This document shows positions 38,562-47,276 of a stretch of 64,000 nt of DNA, piece by piece. The stretch is from Escherichia phage BF17: sequence record MW822008.1. The stretch is one strand, 5' to 3'. Positions within the stretch are counted from its first letter, which is position 1, and each line of letters opens with the position of its first letter. The notes below the pieces were generated by a model that had not been told where the DNA came from, ran no database searches, and saw nothing but the letters and a program-made list of their open reading frames with translations. The position numbers and the translations under genes were made by a program.

Positions 38562-38747
38562 ATGTATAAAGAATTCTACTGTAGTAAGCTGCACAAACAA
38601 TACAGAGATTCATTTCCCAATGAACCTATGGATATGAATAGTCCCTTTTATAAATTTGACTTCAGACTGGAGACACGTTATGCAATAGAACATCAATTTC
38701 CTGAAACTAAGTACTTATCTATCATGAACCTCATCTTTAAGTTCTAA
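38562..38747 (+). CDS. small protein, ~60-aa paralog family
   Basis: 61 aa. Confidence 0.5.
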   Translation: MYKEFYCSKLHKQYRDSFPNEPMDMNSPFYKFDFRLETRYAIEHQFPETKYLSIMNLIFKF

Positions 38748-38758
38748 AAGAGTACTAT

Positions 38759-38971
38759 ATGAAAACAATGAACATACACCAGTACTACTTAGATATTCTC
38801 CCTAAAGATGTACAGTTCATCCTTAAACAAGAATACAGTACTTTAAAAAACCTTAAAAGAACCGCACCGAATGTATTAATCCTGCACCAAGAAAATGTAG
38901 TTGATAATATTCTACAAGGTGTACCAGGGACCGAGTACTTTAACATAATAAGGCTAATTACATTACCATGA
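38759..38971 (+). CDS. small protein, ~60-aa paralog family
   Basis: 70 aa; close paralog of 38348. Confidence 0.55.
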   Translation: MKTMNIHQYYLDILPKDVQFILKQEYSTLKNLKRTAPNVLILHQENVVDNILQGVPGTEYFNIIRLITLP

Positions 38972-39153
38972 ATCATATATTATACTATTACCAAAATCTA
39001 TCCGACAGGGACAAGTACACCCACAACTCCAATGTATGGTACTACAAACGCGGTAGTATAAGAGATAAACAACATTACTTCTGTATTGCTATAAAAGAAG
39101 CACTAACAACTAAGTACACGTACAGAGCAGTACTGAAACTTATTGATATGTAA
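38968..39153 (+). CDS. small protein, ~60-aa paralog family
   Basis: 61 aa; C-term YTYRAVLKLIDM. Confidence 0.5.
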   Translation: MNHILYYYQNLSDRDKYTHNSNVWYYKRGSIRDKQHYFCIAIKEALTTKYTYRAVLKLIDM

Positions 39154-39163
39154 AGAGAATACT

Positions 39164-39346
39164 ATGAGCATTGAATTGTACTTAAGTAAATTACAGCCTG
39201 GCGATAGATTCATCTACAATAAGTTCGAATTCAACTACAAGAACGGGAGCAACAAATATCGTCGAGGATACCTATATACAAGCACAAGAGATGCACAAAA
39301 CGAAAAGTACACATACAGAGAAGTACTTAAACTAATCTCTATTTGA
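39164..39346 (+). CDS. small protein, ~60-aa paralog family
   Basis: ORF 39143 trimmed to ATG 39164; C-term YTYREVLKLISI. Confidence 0.5.
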   Translation: MSIELYLSKLQPGDRFIYNKFEFNYKNGSNKYRRGYLYTSTRDAQNEKYTYREVLKLISI

Positions 39347-39354
39347 GGTAATAT

Positions 39355-39540
39355 ATGAATACATTTGAGTACTATACCAATAAACTATCTATGCCTGAAA
39401 GATCTCATCTCTATGTGTGGAGAAATGCGTATAAAAGCGGCAATAAACTTATACAAAGAAATTCCCTTACAGTGTGTACAAATTTAATTAAAGCAGAGTA
39501 CCGCACATATATTGAAGTACTGAAGCTGATAGCAATCTAA
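39355..39540 (+). CDS. small protein, ~60-aa paralog family
   Basis: 61 aa; MNTFEYY...VLKLIAI. Confidence 0.55.
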   Translation: MNTFEYYTNKLSMPERSHLYVWRNAYKSGNKLIQRNSLTVCTNLIKAEYRTYIEVLKLIAI

Positions 39541-39548
39541 GGTACTCT

Positions 39549-39728
39549 ATGCAAGAATTCTATATCTATAACCTCCAGCACAAAGATAGATACAACTATA
39601 ATAAATTCCAAAGGTACTACACAGTCGGGAACAAAAGAGATAAAAAACGATACCTACTATCATGTACAGTAGAAGCACAAAACGAAAAGTACACGTACAG
39701 AGAAGTACTTAAACTAATCTCAATCTAA
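39549..39728 (+). CDS. small protein, ~60-aa paralog family
   Basis: 59-aa ORF below track cutoff; MQEFYIY...YTYREVLKLISI. Confidence 0.5.
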   Translation: MQEFYIYNLQHKDRYNYNKFQRYYTVGNKRDKKRYLLSCTVEAQNEKYTYREVLKLISI

Positions 39729-39735
39729 GGTAGAC

Positions 39736-39924
39736 ATGAACACTTTTGAGTACTACTTCAATAAACTAAACCGCATAGAACAAAGTATGCACAACTCATT
39801 TATTCAGCACCATCAATCATCTGCATCTGGAATTAAAAATATATCGATTGAGATTATCACTACCCGTGTACTGTCATCTGAACGTTATATGTATATTGAT
39901 GTACTGAAACTCATCTCTATGTAA
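39736..39924 (+). CDS. small protein, ~60-aa paralog family
   Basis: 62 aa; MNTFEYY...VLKLISM. Confidence 0.55.
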   Translation: MNTFEYYFNKLNRIEQSMHNSFIQHHQSSASGIKNISIEIITTRVLSSERYMYIDVLKLISM

Positions 39925-39932
39925 GGAATAAT

Positions 39933-40112
39933 ATGCAAGAATACTATATAGAACACATAAGCATTAAAGACCGTTTCATGTACGACACCTTCGTGAAGTA
40001 CTACAACCTGGCAACTAACAGTACTAAAAATATTAATCTCAATAGCTGCATTCATCACGCACTAACAAAAGATAATCCCTTCAGGGAAATCCTCGCACTA
40101 GCATCTGTATAA
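39933..40112 (+). CDS. small protein, ~60-aa paralog family
   Basis: 59-aa ORF below track cutoff; MQEYYIEH. Confidence 0.45.
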   Translation: MQEYYIEHISIKDRFMYDTFVKYYNLATNSTKNINLNSCIHHALTKDNPFREILALASV

Positions 40113-40122
40113 AGGAAACCAA

Positions 40123-40782
40123 ATGAAACTTAATGCACACAGCAAACAATACCTTAAGCACTTTAAGTACCTCAACAGTATTCAAGCAGAATCTTTTACA
40201 TCTGCATATACGTATCACCCAAATGTACTAAAGAAACGAAATAAAAAGAAAAAATCCAGAAATGTTCTCGTATCTAAGAACCTCAAATCGTACTTGAAGA
40301 AAAATAATATAGCTCTTGCTTTTATTAATATCTATAATACTGATTTAAAAGTATTGAGTACTAATACCAGCACAAAAGCACTAAAGAATGCATCTATCTA
40401 TATACACATGGATAATATCCCGTGCACTATAATTCTATCTTTCGGGAATGTATACTTCTTCGGGAATTGTAATAGCACCCATGATATCAGTACTGCACAA
40501 TTCCAAATCGGAGATATGTACTGCATGGGTTCAGAAAAAATACACGATAACATGCACTTCTTCCAAAAGCAACGTACTAACGAAACTGATACAGTACTGC
40601 AATTCCTCAAAGAACTACAAAACAAAGAATTATCAGAAGAAGATCTATTCATGTACAGTACTGTAATCGATAATCCAGGACTCTATAAAAACGCGTACAA
40701 ACTAACAAAACATGTACAGGAACTTATCAGTACTGATAAGAAATTTCATAACCTCATTACGTATATTTCAAACTATGTATAA
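40123..40782 (+). CDS. hypothetical protein, paralog of 19998-20648
   Basis: 219 aa; embedded in the small-protein array. Confidence 0.65.
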   Translation: MKLNAHSKQYLKHFKYLNSIQAESFTSAYTYHPNVLKKRNKKKKSRNVLVSKNLKSYLKKNNIALAFINIYNTDLKVLSTNTSTKALKNASIYIHMDNIPCTIILSFGNVYFFGNCNSTHDISTAQFQIGDMYCMGSEKIHDNMHFFQKQRTNETDTVLQFLKELQNKELSEEDLFMYSTVIDNPGLYKNAYKLTKHVQELISTDKKFHNLITYISNYV

Positions 40783-40957
40783 AGAATACTACAAAGATAA
40801 AATCCCAATGCATCTACAACACCATATACCAAACGTTGCATTGGGTATCAAAGAACACGCAAAGATAATGTTCCAACAATGTACTAAGTACACGCTCATA
40901 TACGATGATAATCCATATATGCTGTACTACGTAGTAATGCTAACATTCAGGTACTAA
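40775..40957 (+). CDS. small protein, ~60-aa paralog family
   Basis: ORF 40712 trimmed to MYKEYYKDK. Confidence 0.5.
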   Translation: MYKEYYKDKIPMHLQHHIPNVALGIKEHAKIMFQQCTKYTLIYDDNPYMLYYVVMLTFRY

Positions 40958-40958
40958 T

Positions 40959-41138
40959 ATGCACAAATATAAAGAATTCTACCTCTCGTACCTTAATTCC
41001 GATATAGTAACATCCAATACCTTCAGTACTAAAATTATCTATAATGAATTAATGAAAGAATGTATTAAAGGTGCTATTAACCCTAAAGATACGTATGACT
41101 TGTACTATGCAGTACTAACCCTTGTTTTCACGAAATAA
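40959..41138 (+). CDS. small protein, ~60-aa paralog family
   Basis: 59-aa ORF below track cutoff; MHKYKEFY. Confidence 0.45.
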   Translation: MHKYKEFYLSYLNSDIVTSNTFSTKIIYNELMKECIKGAINPKDTYDLYYAVLTLVFTK

Positions 41139-41146
41139 CACATAAT

Positions 41147-41338
41147 ATGAATAACCACAAAGAATACTACATAGAGAAACTCCCAATGTATCTCCAACAT
41201 CTTGTACCAACAGAACCATTGCGTATAGAAAAAGACTACGAAAAAGACTACTTCGTTAAGTGCACTAAATCCTCGATAGATATTGAGGACTATAATCGAG
41301 TACTGTATCACATCCTTTTACTAATATATAAGTACTAA
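41147..41338 (+). CDS. small protein, ~60-aa paralog family
   Basis: 63 aa; MNNHKEYYIEKL...LLLIYKY. Confidence 0.55.
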   Translation: MNNHKEYYIEKLPMYLQHLVPTEPLRIEKDYEKDYFVKCTKSSIDIEDYNRVLYHILLLIYKY

Positions 41339-41339
41339 T

Positions 41340-41528
41340 ATGAATAACCACAAAGAATACTACATACAATTTCTCCCCAGTATTTTTGAACACTACGCCA
41401 GATATAAAGTCCCCCTGGATAACGATTTGGCAGTACTGGGATTCAATAACTGCATAGAACGAAGTATAGAAAATAGTAGTAGCTATGACCAATTATATAA
41501 CACTATCCTACTTATATTCAGGTACTAA
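41340..41528 (+). CDS. small protein, ~60-aa paralog family
   Basis: 62 aa; MNNHKEYYIQFL...LLIFRY. Confidence 0.55.
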   Translation: MNNHKEYYIQFLPSIFEHYARYKVPLDNDLAVLGFNNCIERSIENSSSYDQLYNTILLIFRY

Positions 41529-41529
41529 T

Positions 41530-41718
41530 ATGCATAAAGAATACTACACAAAATATTTCCCAATGTACCTCAGTACTAATCTATTAGATAAACCTCGCGG
41601 TATCAATGCTCAAAACGATAAAGTGTACTTTACTATGTGCACTAAAGCATGTATACTAGATTTTGACAGCTATCATCGAGTACTGTATCATACCCTGTAC
41701 CTAGCTTTCGTGTACTAA
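41530..41718 (+). CDS. small protein, ~60-aa paralog family
   Basis: ORF 41485 trimmed to MHKEYYTKY. Confidence 0.55.
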   Translation: MHKEYYTKYFPMYLSTNLLDKPRGINAQNDKVYFTMCTKACILDFDSYHRVLYHTLYLAFVY

Positions 41719-41728
41719 AGAGGCCAAT

Positions 41729-41935
41729 ATGAACGAACAGAAAGAATTTTACACCAAACACCTCAGTGCATCAGAACAAATGTTTCTAAGGAGTGTATCA
41801 CCTTTAAGTTTAGATACACCACACGCCAGAGATTGCTTTAATAATTGTATACGTATTACTCTAGAAGCTTTAGAAAACAATAACAAAAATATTCAGTACT
41901 CAGGCGTAATGGGACTAATATTCTTCTATGAATAA
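41729..41935 (+). CDS. small protein, ~60-aa paralog family
   Basis: 68 aa; close paralog of 42309. Confidence 0.55.
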   Translation: MNEQKEFYTKHLSASEQMFLRSVSPLSLDTPHARDCFNNCIRITLEALENNNKNIQYSGVMGLIFFYE

Positions 41936-42116
41936 CAAAGAATTCTACTTAAACCATCTGGAACTAAACTCCCAAATGCTTATACCACTAAAACCAATAG
42001 ATATCAAGGATAAGAAAAATACCAAACAATTCCACTACCACACACTATGTGCAATCAACCCAGATTATAATACATATAAACTGTACTACATTCTCGCCCT
42101 AATATACAGGTACTGA
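41928..42116 (+). CDS. small protein, ~60-aa paralog family
   Basis: 62 aa; ends LALIYRY. Confidence 0.55.
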   Translation: MNNKEFYLNHLELNSQMLIPLKPIDIKDKKNTKQFHYHTLCAINPDYNTYKLYYILALIYRY

Positions 42117-42117
42117 T

Positions 42118-42303
42118 ATGCATAGAGAATACTACACACAATTTGTTAAAGGGAACTACAAACACGCCGTCCCCGTAAACCCCTTAAATTCTAATGACCC
42201 AAGTACTATATTCTTGTTCCATGACGCAATACGTACAGTACTCAATACTAAAGATGAACAGGTGCAGTACGTATTCTTACTATTACTTATATACAGACAC
42301 TAA
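42118..42303 (+). CDS. small protein, ~60-aa paralog family
   Basis: 61 aa; MHREYYTQF...LLLIYRH. Confidence 0.55.
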   Translation: MHREYYTQFVKGNYKHAVPVNPLNSNDPSTIFLFHDAIRTVLNTKDEQVQYVFLLLLIYRH

Positions 42304-42308
42304 CTAAT

Positions 42309-42518
42309 ATGAATAAAGAACATAAAGAATACTACTCCAAACACCTCAGCCCCTCAGAACAAATGTTTCTAAGGACTACAGCACCTTTAAGTACTGATAC
42401 ATATTTCGGCAGATTATGCTACAATAATTGTATTCAAATGACTTTAAACGCAAACGACAATAATAACAGTACTAACCTGTACTCAGGCATCATAGGTATA
42501 CTATTTCTATATGAATAA
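42309..42518 (+). CDS. small protein, ~60-aa paralog family
   Basis: 69 aa; MNKEHKEYYSKHLSPSEQMFLR. Confidence 0.55.
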   Translation: MNKEHKEYYSKHLSPSEQMFLRTTAPLSTDTYFGRLCYNNCIQMTLNANDNNNSTNLYSGIIGILFLYE

Positions 42519-42693
42519 AAAACATAAAGAGTACTATATAAGTAAACTAACATTCGTCCCCGTAAAAATATATAAAGAATGCGACCCAAGATTATACCTA
42601 TGGCACTTCAATGAGTGCATAAAAGATTCTATATACCATAAGAACTATAAAGAACAATTGATCTCAGTACTAACACTAGTACTATCATATTAA
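42511..42693 (+). CDS. small protein, ~60-aa paralog family
   Basis: 60 aa; MNKKHKEYYISKL. Confidence 0.55.
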   Translation: MNKKHKEYYISKLTFVPVKIYKECDPRLYLWHFNECIKDSIYHKNYKEQLISVLTLVLSY

Positions 42694-42706
42694 TAGAGAT
42701 AATACT

Positions 42707-42889
42707 ATGTATAAAGACTTCTATATAAGTAAACTAAAAGAAAATGAACAAATATGGATTAACAATCTAATCCCCCTACCAATGACTCAATACGAATTTA
42801 ATATGTGTACAAAGATTGTTTTAACTAGTAATGATATCTCTAATACGTACTACTTCCTATTAAGAGTACTATATGGTACTTTGAAATAA
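42707..42889 (+). CDS. small protein, ~60-aa paralog family
   Basis: 60 aa; MYKDFYISKL. Confidence 0.5.
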   Translation: MYKDFYISKLKENEQIWINNLIPLPMTQYEFNMCTKIVLTSNDISNTYYFLLRVLYGTLK

Positions 42890-42900
42890 TAAGGTATACT

Positions 42901-43107
42901 ATGCAGAACATAAAAAACTATAAAGAGTACTATATAAGTAAACTACCACCGACTGACCAAGCATGGATTAGATCTATAATAGTACTGGCATTTAATAGAT
43001 ATGCATTTAACAGATGTACCGAGATTGCTATAGACCCTTATAATATTAAAGAGAATGTACAGCATAATCAGTACTACTATATGTTAATGCTTATATATAG
43101 GAAGTAA
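42901..43107 (+). CDS. small protein, ~60-aa paralog family
   Basis: 68 aa; last member; ...YKEYYISKL...MLMLIYRK. Confidence 0.55.
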   Translation: MQNIKNYKEYYISKLPPTDQAWIRSIIVLAFNRYAFNRCTEIAIDPYNIKENVQHNQYYYMLMLIYRK

Positions 43108-43227
43108 TTCAACATATAGACAGGGGAAGCTCCGCAGGGAAAGCATTGGACAGGCTTTAACATATGTTATATATGTTAAAATTCAGCCTGGACAAATGCG
43201 ATCACTAGGATTCTCCCCAGGCTAAAC

Positions 43228-43520
43228 CCCGTAATCATATGTAGTCATAAGTAATCATATATAAACATTTATGTAATCATTTATAATCATTGTAGTGATT
43301 AGTATTGAGTACTAGAGTGTAATAGAGTACAGGAATGTGCACGTTTAATCAAGAACGTAGCAGTACTGCCCCAAAAGTATTCAGTACTGAAGGTGTCGAT
43401 ATCCCACTAAAGTAGGCAGAGGAAGTCTGCCGTACTTTTTAGTTTCCAAGCTCCTTTTCCATTTTTCAAATTACATCAAATGTAATCAAAAGTAATCACG
43501 CAATGATTAGTACTGAATTA
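43228..43520. repeat. cluster of GTAATCA / TGATTAC heptamer repeats
   Basis: GTAATCAT five times in 43228-43300; ATGTAATCAAAAGTAATCACGCAATGATTAG at 43470-43515. Confidence 0.5.
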
Positions 43521-44194
43521 TTACTTTCACCTTAATTTCAATTACCCTTTTACCCGTCGGGGTAAAATTCAATTACCCCTTGAGGCTCCAGAAAAAAGTT
43601 GGTTAGTACTCCATCCTAAATCTCGATCCTAAAAATTTTGGAGTACCTATGAAATAAAAGTTGGATCTTCGAAAGTTGAAATTTACGTTGGGACGTTTAT
43701 GATTTGTGGGATATAATGATGTTTGTAGACGGGTAGTTCTCAAGAATATCAGTACTGAATAATGAAAGAAAGTTATTGACATTATGATTCAGTACTGTAT
43801 AATGTTCTACATAGCTTCAAGGGTGATGAGTTGCTGCGAACAATTCATTTACTCTACCTCCTGTCGTGAGACAGTACAGAAAAGATAGTTCCTCCTGTGG
43901 TGGTACATCTTTTTGAACCTCATATGAAAATCGTAATAACAGTACTGATATTAACAGAATGGTGTCAGTACTGATTTTAATCTAAAGCATTATGCCACCA
44001 GCACAAGCTGGTGGATTCCCTCTAACAGTATTCAGTACTACATGATAGTCTTCATCCTCCTAGGGTAACATAGTGAGGGCTATGATGGCAGTACTGAATA
44101 CTCCCTTTCAAAAGATAGATCTATGGTATAGTACTGACGGATTTTGGGCGTAGTTACCCTGGATGGATTTTGGACGTAGATATGTCTAGCCCTC

Positions 44195-44335
44195 CAGAAG
44201 TCTGGAAGTAAAGATGGCTATCCATCTAGACGGCTAAACGGCTAGATTTCTGGATGGCTAGATGGCTAGACGTTTGGACGGCTAAACGGCTAGATGGTTA
44301 CACGTCTGGAAGTATAGACGGCTAAATCAAAATTT
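44195..44335. repeat. iteron-like cluster of GGCTA(A/G)A / ACGGCTA repeats
   Basis: GGCTA nine times in ~130 bp. Confidence 0.55.
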
Positions 44336-45081
44336 TATTTTGTTTTTCCAATAGTTCCCCTACCGCGTGGGGATAGTTTCCCCGCAGTATCTGGAGTTAG
44401 ATTTTTCTGAATCTGGAATCATTATCTTATAAACTGGGGGCAATGTCAACGACCTGGACGGATATTTTTAAAAATTTTTTCAGTACTGAATTTTGGGCGT
44501 AACTATGCACCCGGTGGGCTTGAGTCTTTCTCGACTTGATGGAACTATTATACAGTACTGAAAAAATAAAGCAATACCCTGGAAGCAAAAAAGTTTTAAT
44601 TAATTTGCTTGCTATCCTGGGCCGGACTATGGTACTATATTTCAGTACTGAGAAAGTGCGTTTACCTGCTAGGGTGCGGGAGTGTATCCTTTTTTTATAT
44701 CTTGAATTTTGGGCGTAATTTCGCACCCTCTGGGGTTTCCGCTTTCTCGCGTCTATGTAGTAATTATACGCTTTTTCAGGATCAAGTCAATACCTAAAAA
44801 CAAAATAATTGAAAATAATTTAACGCGTTTAAACGGCCCGTAAAGCCCTGGAATGATTGGAATGGTGCAAATGTATAGCTTATGTGTATTAATGCGTTAG
44901 AATGCGTCTGAGGCCGTTTTACGGGGTATGGGGATGATTTGGTGGATTGATTCAGTACTGAATAATAGTACTACTATATAGAAAGATAGTTCCCCTGGAT
45001 GGTTGCAGTACTGAATGATAGTACTGAATAATAGTTCCCCTATATAGAAAGAAAACTATTTTAAAAGTATTTGTAGAAAGT

Positions 45082-45142
45082 ACTTGCAAACTAAGTTTAA
45101 CGGCGTATAATGTTTTACATCGAGAGCGGGAACACTTCCCGC
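45082..45142 (+). promoter_or_regulatory. early-type sigma70-like promoter with leader hairpin
   Basis: ACTTGCAAACTAAGTTTAACGGCG TATAAT ... GCGGGAACACTTCCCGC. Confidence 0.6.
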
Positions 45143-45166
45143 TACATATTACGAGAGATTAAAACG

Positions 45167-45529
45167 ATGGCGACTCAAATCACTAAAATTATTGCTAACC
45201 TGGTTAACTTTCGCGACGAGATGAAAGATCTTCCGGCAGAAACGGTAAAAATTCACATTTCAGCTTATCGGGAACTTATTGCAATGTTACCGCTTAAGCG
45301 TGAACAATACGCCGCGACCGTGATGCTTGATGCGATGATCCATAAGATGATCGCCAGTGATTTAACGATGGTTTATCAGTATATGGGCGAAAATTTCGCG
45401 GTGTATAGTAAACCAGTACCAGGAATGGAAAGTACAGAAGTATTACACGGTTTAAATTTAAAACAAGATGCATGGGATAATATGCCTCGTTTCCTGGTAT
45501 GGGCTGACAGTGGCAAAATTTACGAATAA
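45167..45529 (+). CDS. hypothetical protein
   Basis: ORF 45110 trimmed to MATQITK; the longer reading starts inside the promoter. Confidence 0.6.
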   Translation: MATQITKIIANLVNFRDEMKDLPAETVKIHISAYRELIAMLPLKREQYAATVMLDAMIHKMIASDLTMVYQYMGENFAVYSKPVPGMESTEVLHGLNLKQDAWDNMPRFLVWADSGKIYE

Positions 45530-45541
45530 GTTTAATAAAGT

Positions 45542-45602
45542 ACTTGCAAACTAAGTTTAAAAGCGTATAATACTTTACATCAGGTGGGGAATAGTTCCCC
45601 AC
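45542..45602 (+). promoter_or_regulatory. early-type promoter with leader hairpin
   Basis: TACTTGCAAACTAAGTTTAAAAGCG TATAAT; hairpin GGGGAATAGTTCCCC. Confidence 0.6.
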
Positions 45603-45623
45603 TATAATTAAGAGATTAATTTT

Positions 45624-45857
45624 ATGAGTACTATTTTAACTGTTTCTCAATCCGTTGCACTGACTGACCTATTAAACGCTTTAAGCCGTTGCACTGAGGT
45701 TGGCTTGTTTGATGTGGTTGACGTTGCACCGGACGTTATTAATCATTTTTGTGATGCGATGGAAGAATGTAAGGAAGATGATAGCCGTATGATGGCGGTC
45801 GCCTTTGAGGAAGTACAGCCGGGTGAGATCAAAGGTTTACCAGTACTGAAAAAATAG
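45624..45857 (+). CDS. hypothetical protein
   Basis: 77-aa ORF after promoter/hairpin. Confidence 0.6.
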   Translation: MSTILTVSQSVALTDLLNALSRCTEVGLFDVVDVAPDVINHFCDAMEECKEDDSRMMAVAFEEVQPGEIKGLPVLKK

Positions 45858-45918
45858 TACTTGCAAACTAAGTTTAAAAGCGTATAATACTTTCTATCAG
45901 GTGGTGAATAGTTCCCCA
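45858..45918 (+). promoter_or_regulatory. early-type promoter with leader hairpin
   Basis: near-identical copy of 45542 unit. Confidence 0.6.
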
Positions 45919-45939
45919 CTATATAAGAGGATTAAAAAA

Positions 45940-46179
45940 ATGGCTAAATCAAAAATGTTCTTAGGTCACAAAAACAAAACTCATTGGAATGTAAGCCTTT
46001 GGATTAATAACGATGAGTCATTGTACCGGTTGGCCCAGGACTTTATTAATGATAGCACTAATCGCAATGATGCGGCCCGTCATATGATGCTATTTTTAGA
46101 ACAGACTGGACAAGATAAAACACCGGACGGATTCAAATATAGCACTACTGCGATCCGTGCGGCGATGGTTGGAATGTAA
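45940..46179 (+). CDS. hypothetical protein, paralog of 47980-48219
   Basis: trimmed to MAKSK; shares GHKNKT.WNVSLWINN and PDGFKYSTTAIRAAMVGM. Confidence 0.6.
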   Translation: MAKSKMFLGHKNKTHWNVSLWINNDESLYRLAQDFINDSTNRNDAARHMMLFLEQTGQDKTPDGFKYSTTAIRAAMVGM

Positions 46180-46265
46180 TAGAATTTATTTAAAGTACTA
46201 TCATTTTTTTGCGATAGTACTTTATAATAGTGTTTTATTCATACACCAACGATAAGGGTAACAGC

Positions 46266-46532
46266 ATGAATATTAAGTATTTTGCGACGCGTGAACAAGC
46301 TCGGATCGCCGCACGCCAGGACGGGGCAACGTTTAAAGATATGGGAGCGGGATCGGCAAGTGGTGAACGTTGGGCCATTGTAAAGCGTAGTACCGCCAGA
46401 TCATTACAGTACTGGTTAGCGGCGTTAAAAAGTCCCGATAGTGTATCGCGTCGAGTGGTAGAAATAAAGCTCGACCGAAAGGGCAACCGCGTGACCGTGT
46501 ACCGTACTAAAAAGATTGCAGTACTTGAATAA
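46266..46532 (+). CDS. hypothetical protein, paralog of 58638-59033
   Basis: trimmed to MNIKYFATREQARIAARQDG; shares DRKGNRVTVY. Confidence 0.6.
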   Translation: MNIKYFATREQARIAARQDGATFKDMGAGSASGERWAIVKRSTARSLQYWLAALKSPDSVSRRVVEIKLDRKGNRVTVYRTKKIAVLE

Positions 46533-46536
46533 AAAG

Positions 46537-46598
46537 TACTTGCAAACTATGTTTAATGGCGTATAATGTTTTACATCGAGAGCGGGAACACTTCCCGC
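46537..46598 (+). promoter_or_regulatory. early-type promoter with leader hairpin
   Basis: ACTTGCAAACTATG...TATAAT...GCGGGAACACTTCCCGC. Confidence 0.6.
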
Positions 46599-46619
46599 CT
46601 ATAACCTGGAGTAATAAAA

Positions 46620-46850
46620 ATGACTAATATGTATATGACTGAAGTTAAAACCGTAAAAGATACTACCACGAATAAAACTACTTACTTACAGCGGATCTGC
46701 GGTGTATGGCAACGTATCAGCAAATCAAAGTACTTTAAATTAACATCATATGCAAACCGTTCGGATTCATTCAGTACTGAAATAAAAGGTAATAAAGTAC
46801 ACCAATACGGCACTTATTATTATTATAGCCTGGACGCGATTGCAGTATAA
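46620..46850 (+). CDS. hypothetical protein
   Basis: 76-aa ORF, GGAG upstream. Confidence 0.55.
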   Translation: MTNMYMTEVKTVKDTTTNKTTYLQRICGVWQRISKSKYFKLTSYANRSDSFSTEIKGNKVHQYGTYYYYSLDAIAV

Positions 46851-47092
46851 GCAGTTTACAAATCTTTACAATTGCCGGTATTGACTTATTTTGTCAGTAC
46901 TGGCATAATGTATTCATTGGCAGATAAGCCGTAGCCCATAGGGTGCGGGAGTGTATCTATAGAAAAAGTAGTTTATTACAGTTACAATTGTGCACCCGGT
47001 GGGTTAGCTGTTGTCATGGGGTATATTATGCCAGTACTTGATAATGCTGTCAATACTTTTTTTACTATTCAGTACTGAAAACTATTTTTAAA

Positions 47093-47130
47093 AAGTACTT
47101 GCAAACTATGTTTAAAGGCGTATAATGTTT
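47093..47130 (+). promoter_or_regulatory. early-type promoter driving a non-coding leader
   Basis: ACTTGCAAACTATGTTTAAAGGCG TATAAT; no ORF before the next promoter. Confidence 0.55.
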
Positions 47131-47215
47131 TACATCAGGACGGGGAACGAAATAAGTAACTCCCCGTTAAGTAGCCCAGGAGTAAGGCACACGAAAAACT
47201 CCCCTGATAAAATAG
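47131..47215 (+). ncRNA. candidate small RNA / structured leader, copy 1
   Basis: ~85-nt conserved block CAGGACGGGGAACGAAA.AAGTAAC.CCCGTTAAGTAG.CCAGGAGTAAG...CCCCTGATAAAA; second copy at 57447-57525. Confidence 0.4.
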
Positions 47216-47262
47216 TTTGACAAATGTTTTTAAAAGCGTATAATACTTACATCAACTACTGA
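47216..47262 (+). promoter_or_regulatory. promoter upstream of 47277
   Basis: TTGACA ... TATAAT before GAGGG and ATG. Confidence 0.45.
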
Positions 47263-47276
47263 ATGAGGGTTACAAA

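Noticed and set aside
43108-45100. tRNA genes in the non-coding region
   Set aside because: I found no cloverleaf-compatible segment with a GTTC(G/A)A T-loop box and matching acceptor stem by eye; a tRNA scanner would settle it
44536-46486. ORFs at 44427-44797 (both strands), 45294-45602 (minus) and 46235-46486 (minus)
   Set aside because: They sit in the repeat-rich non-coding region or antisense to promoter-driven plus-strand genes and lack RBS context
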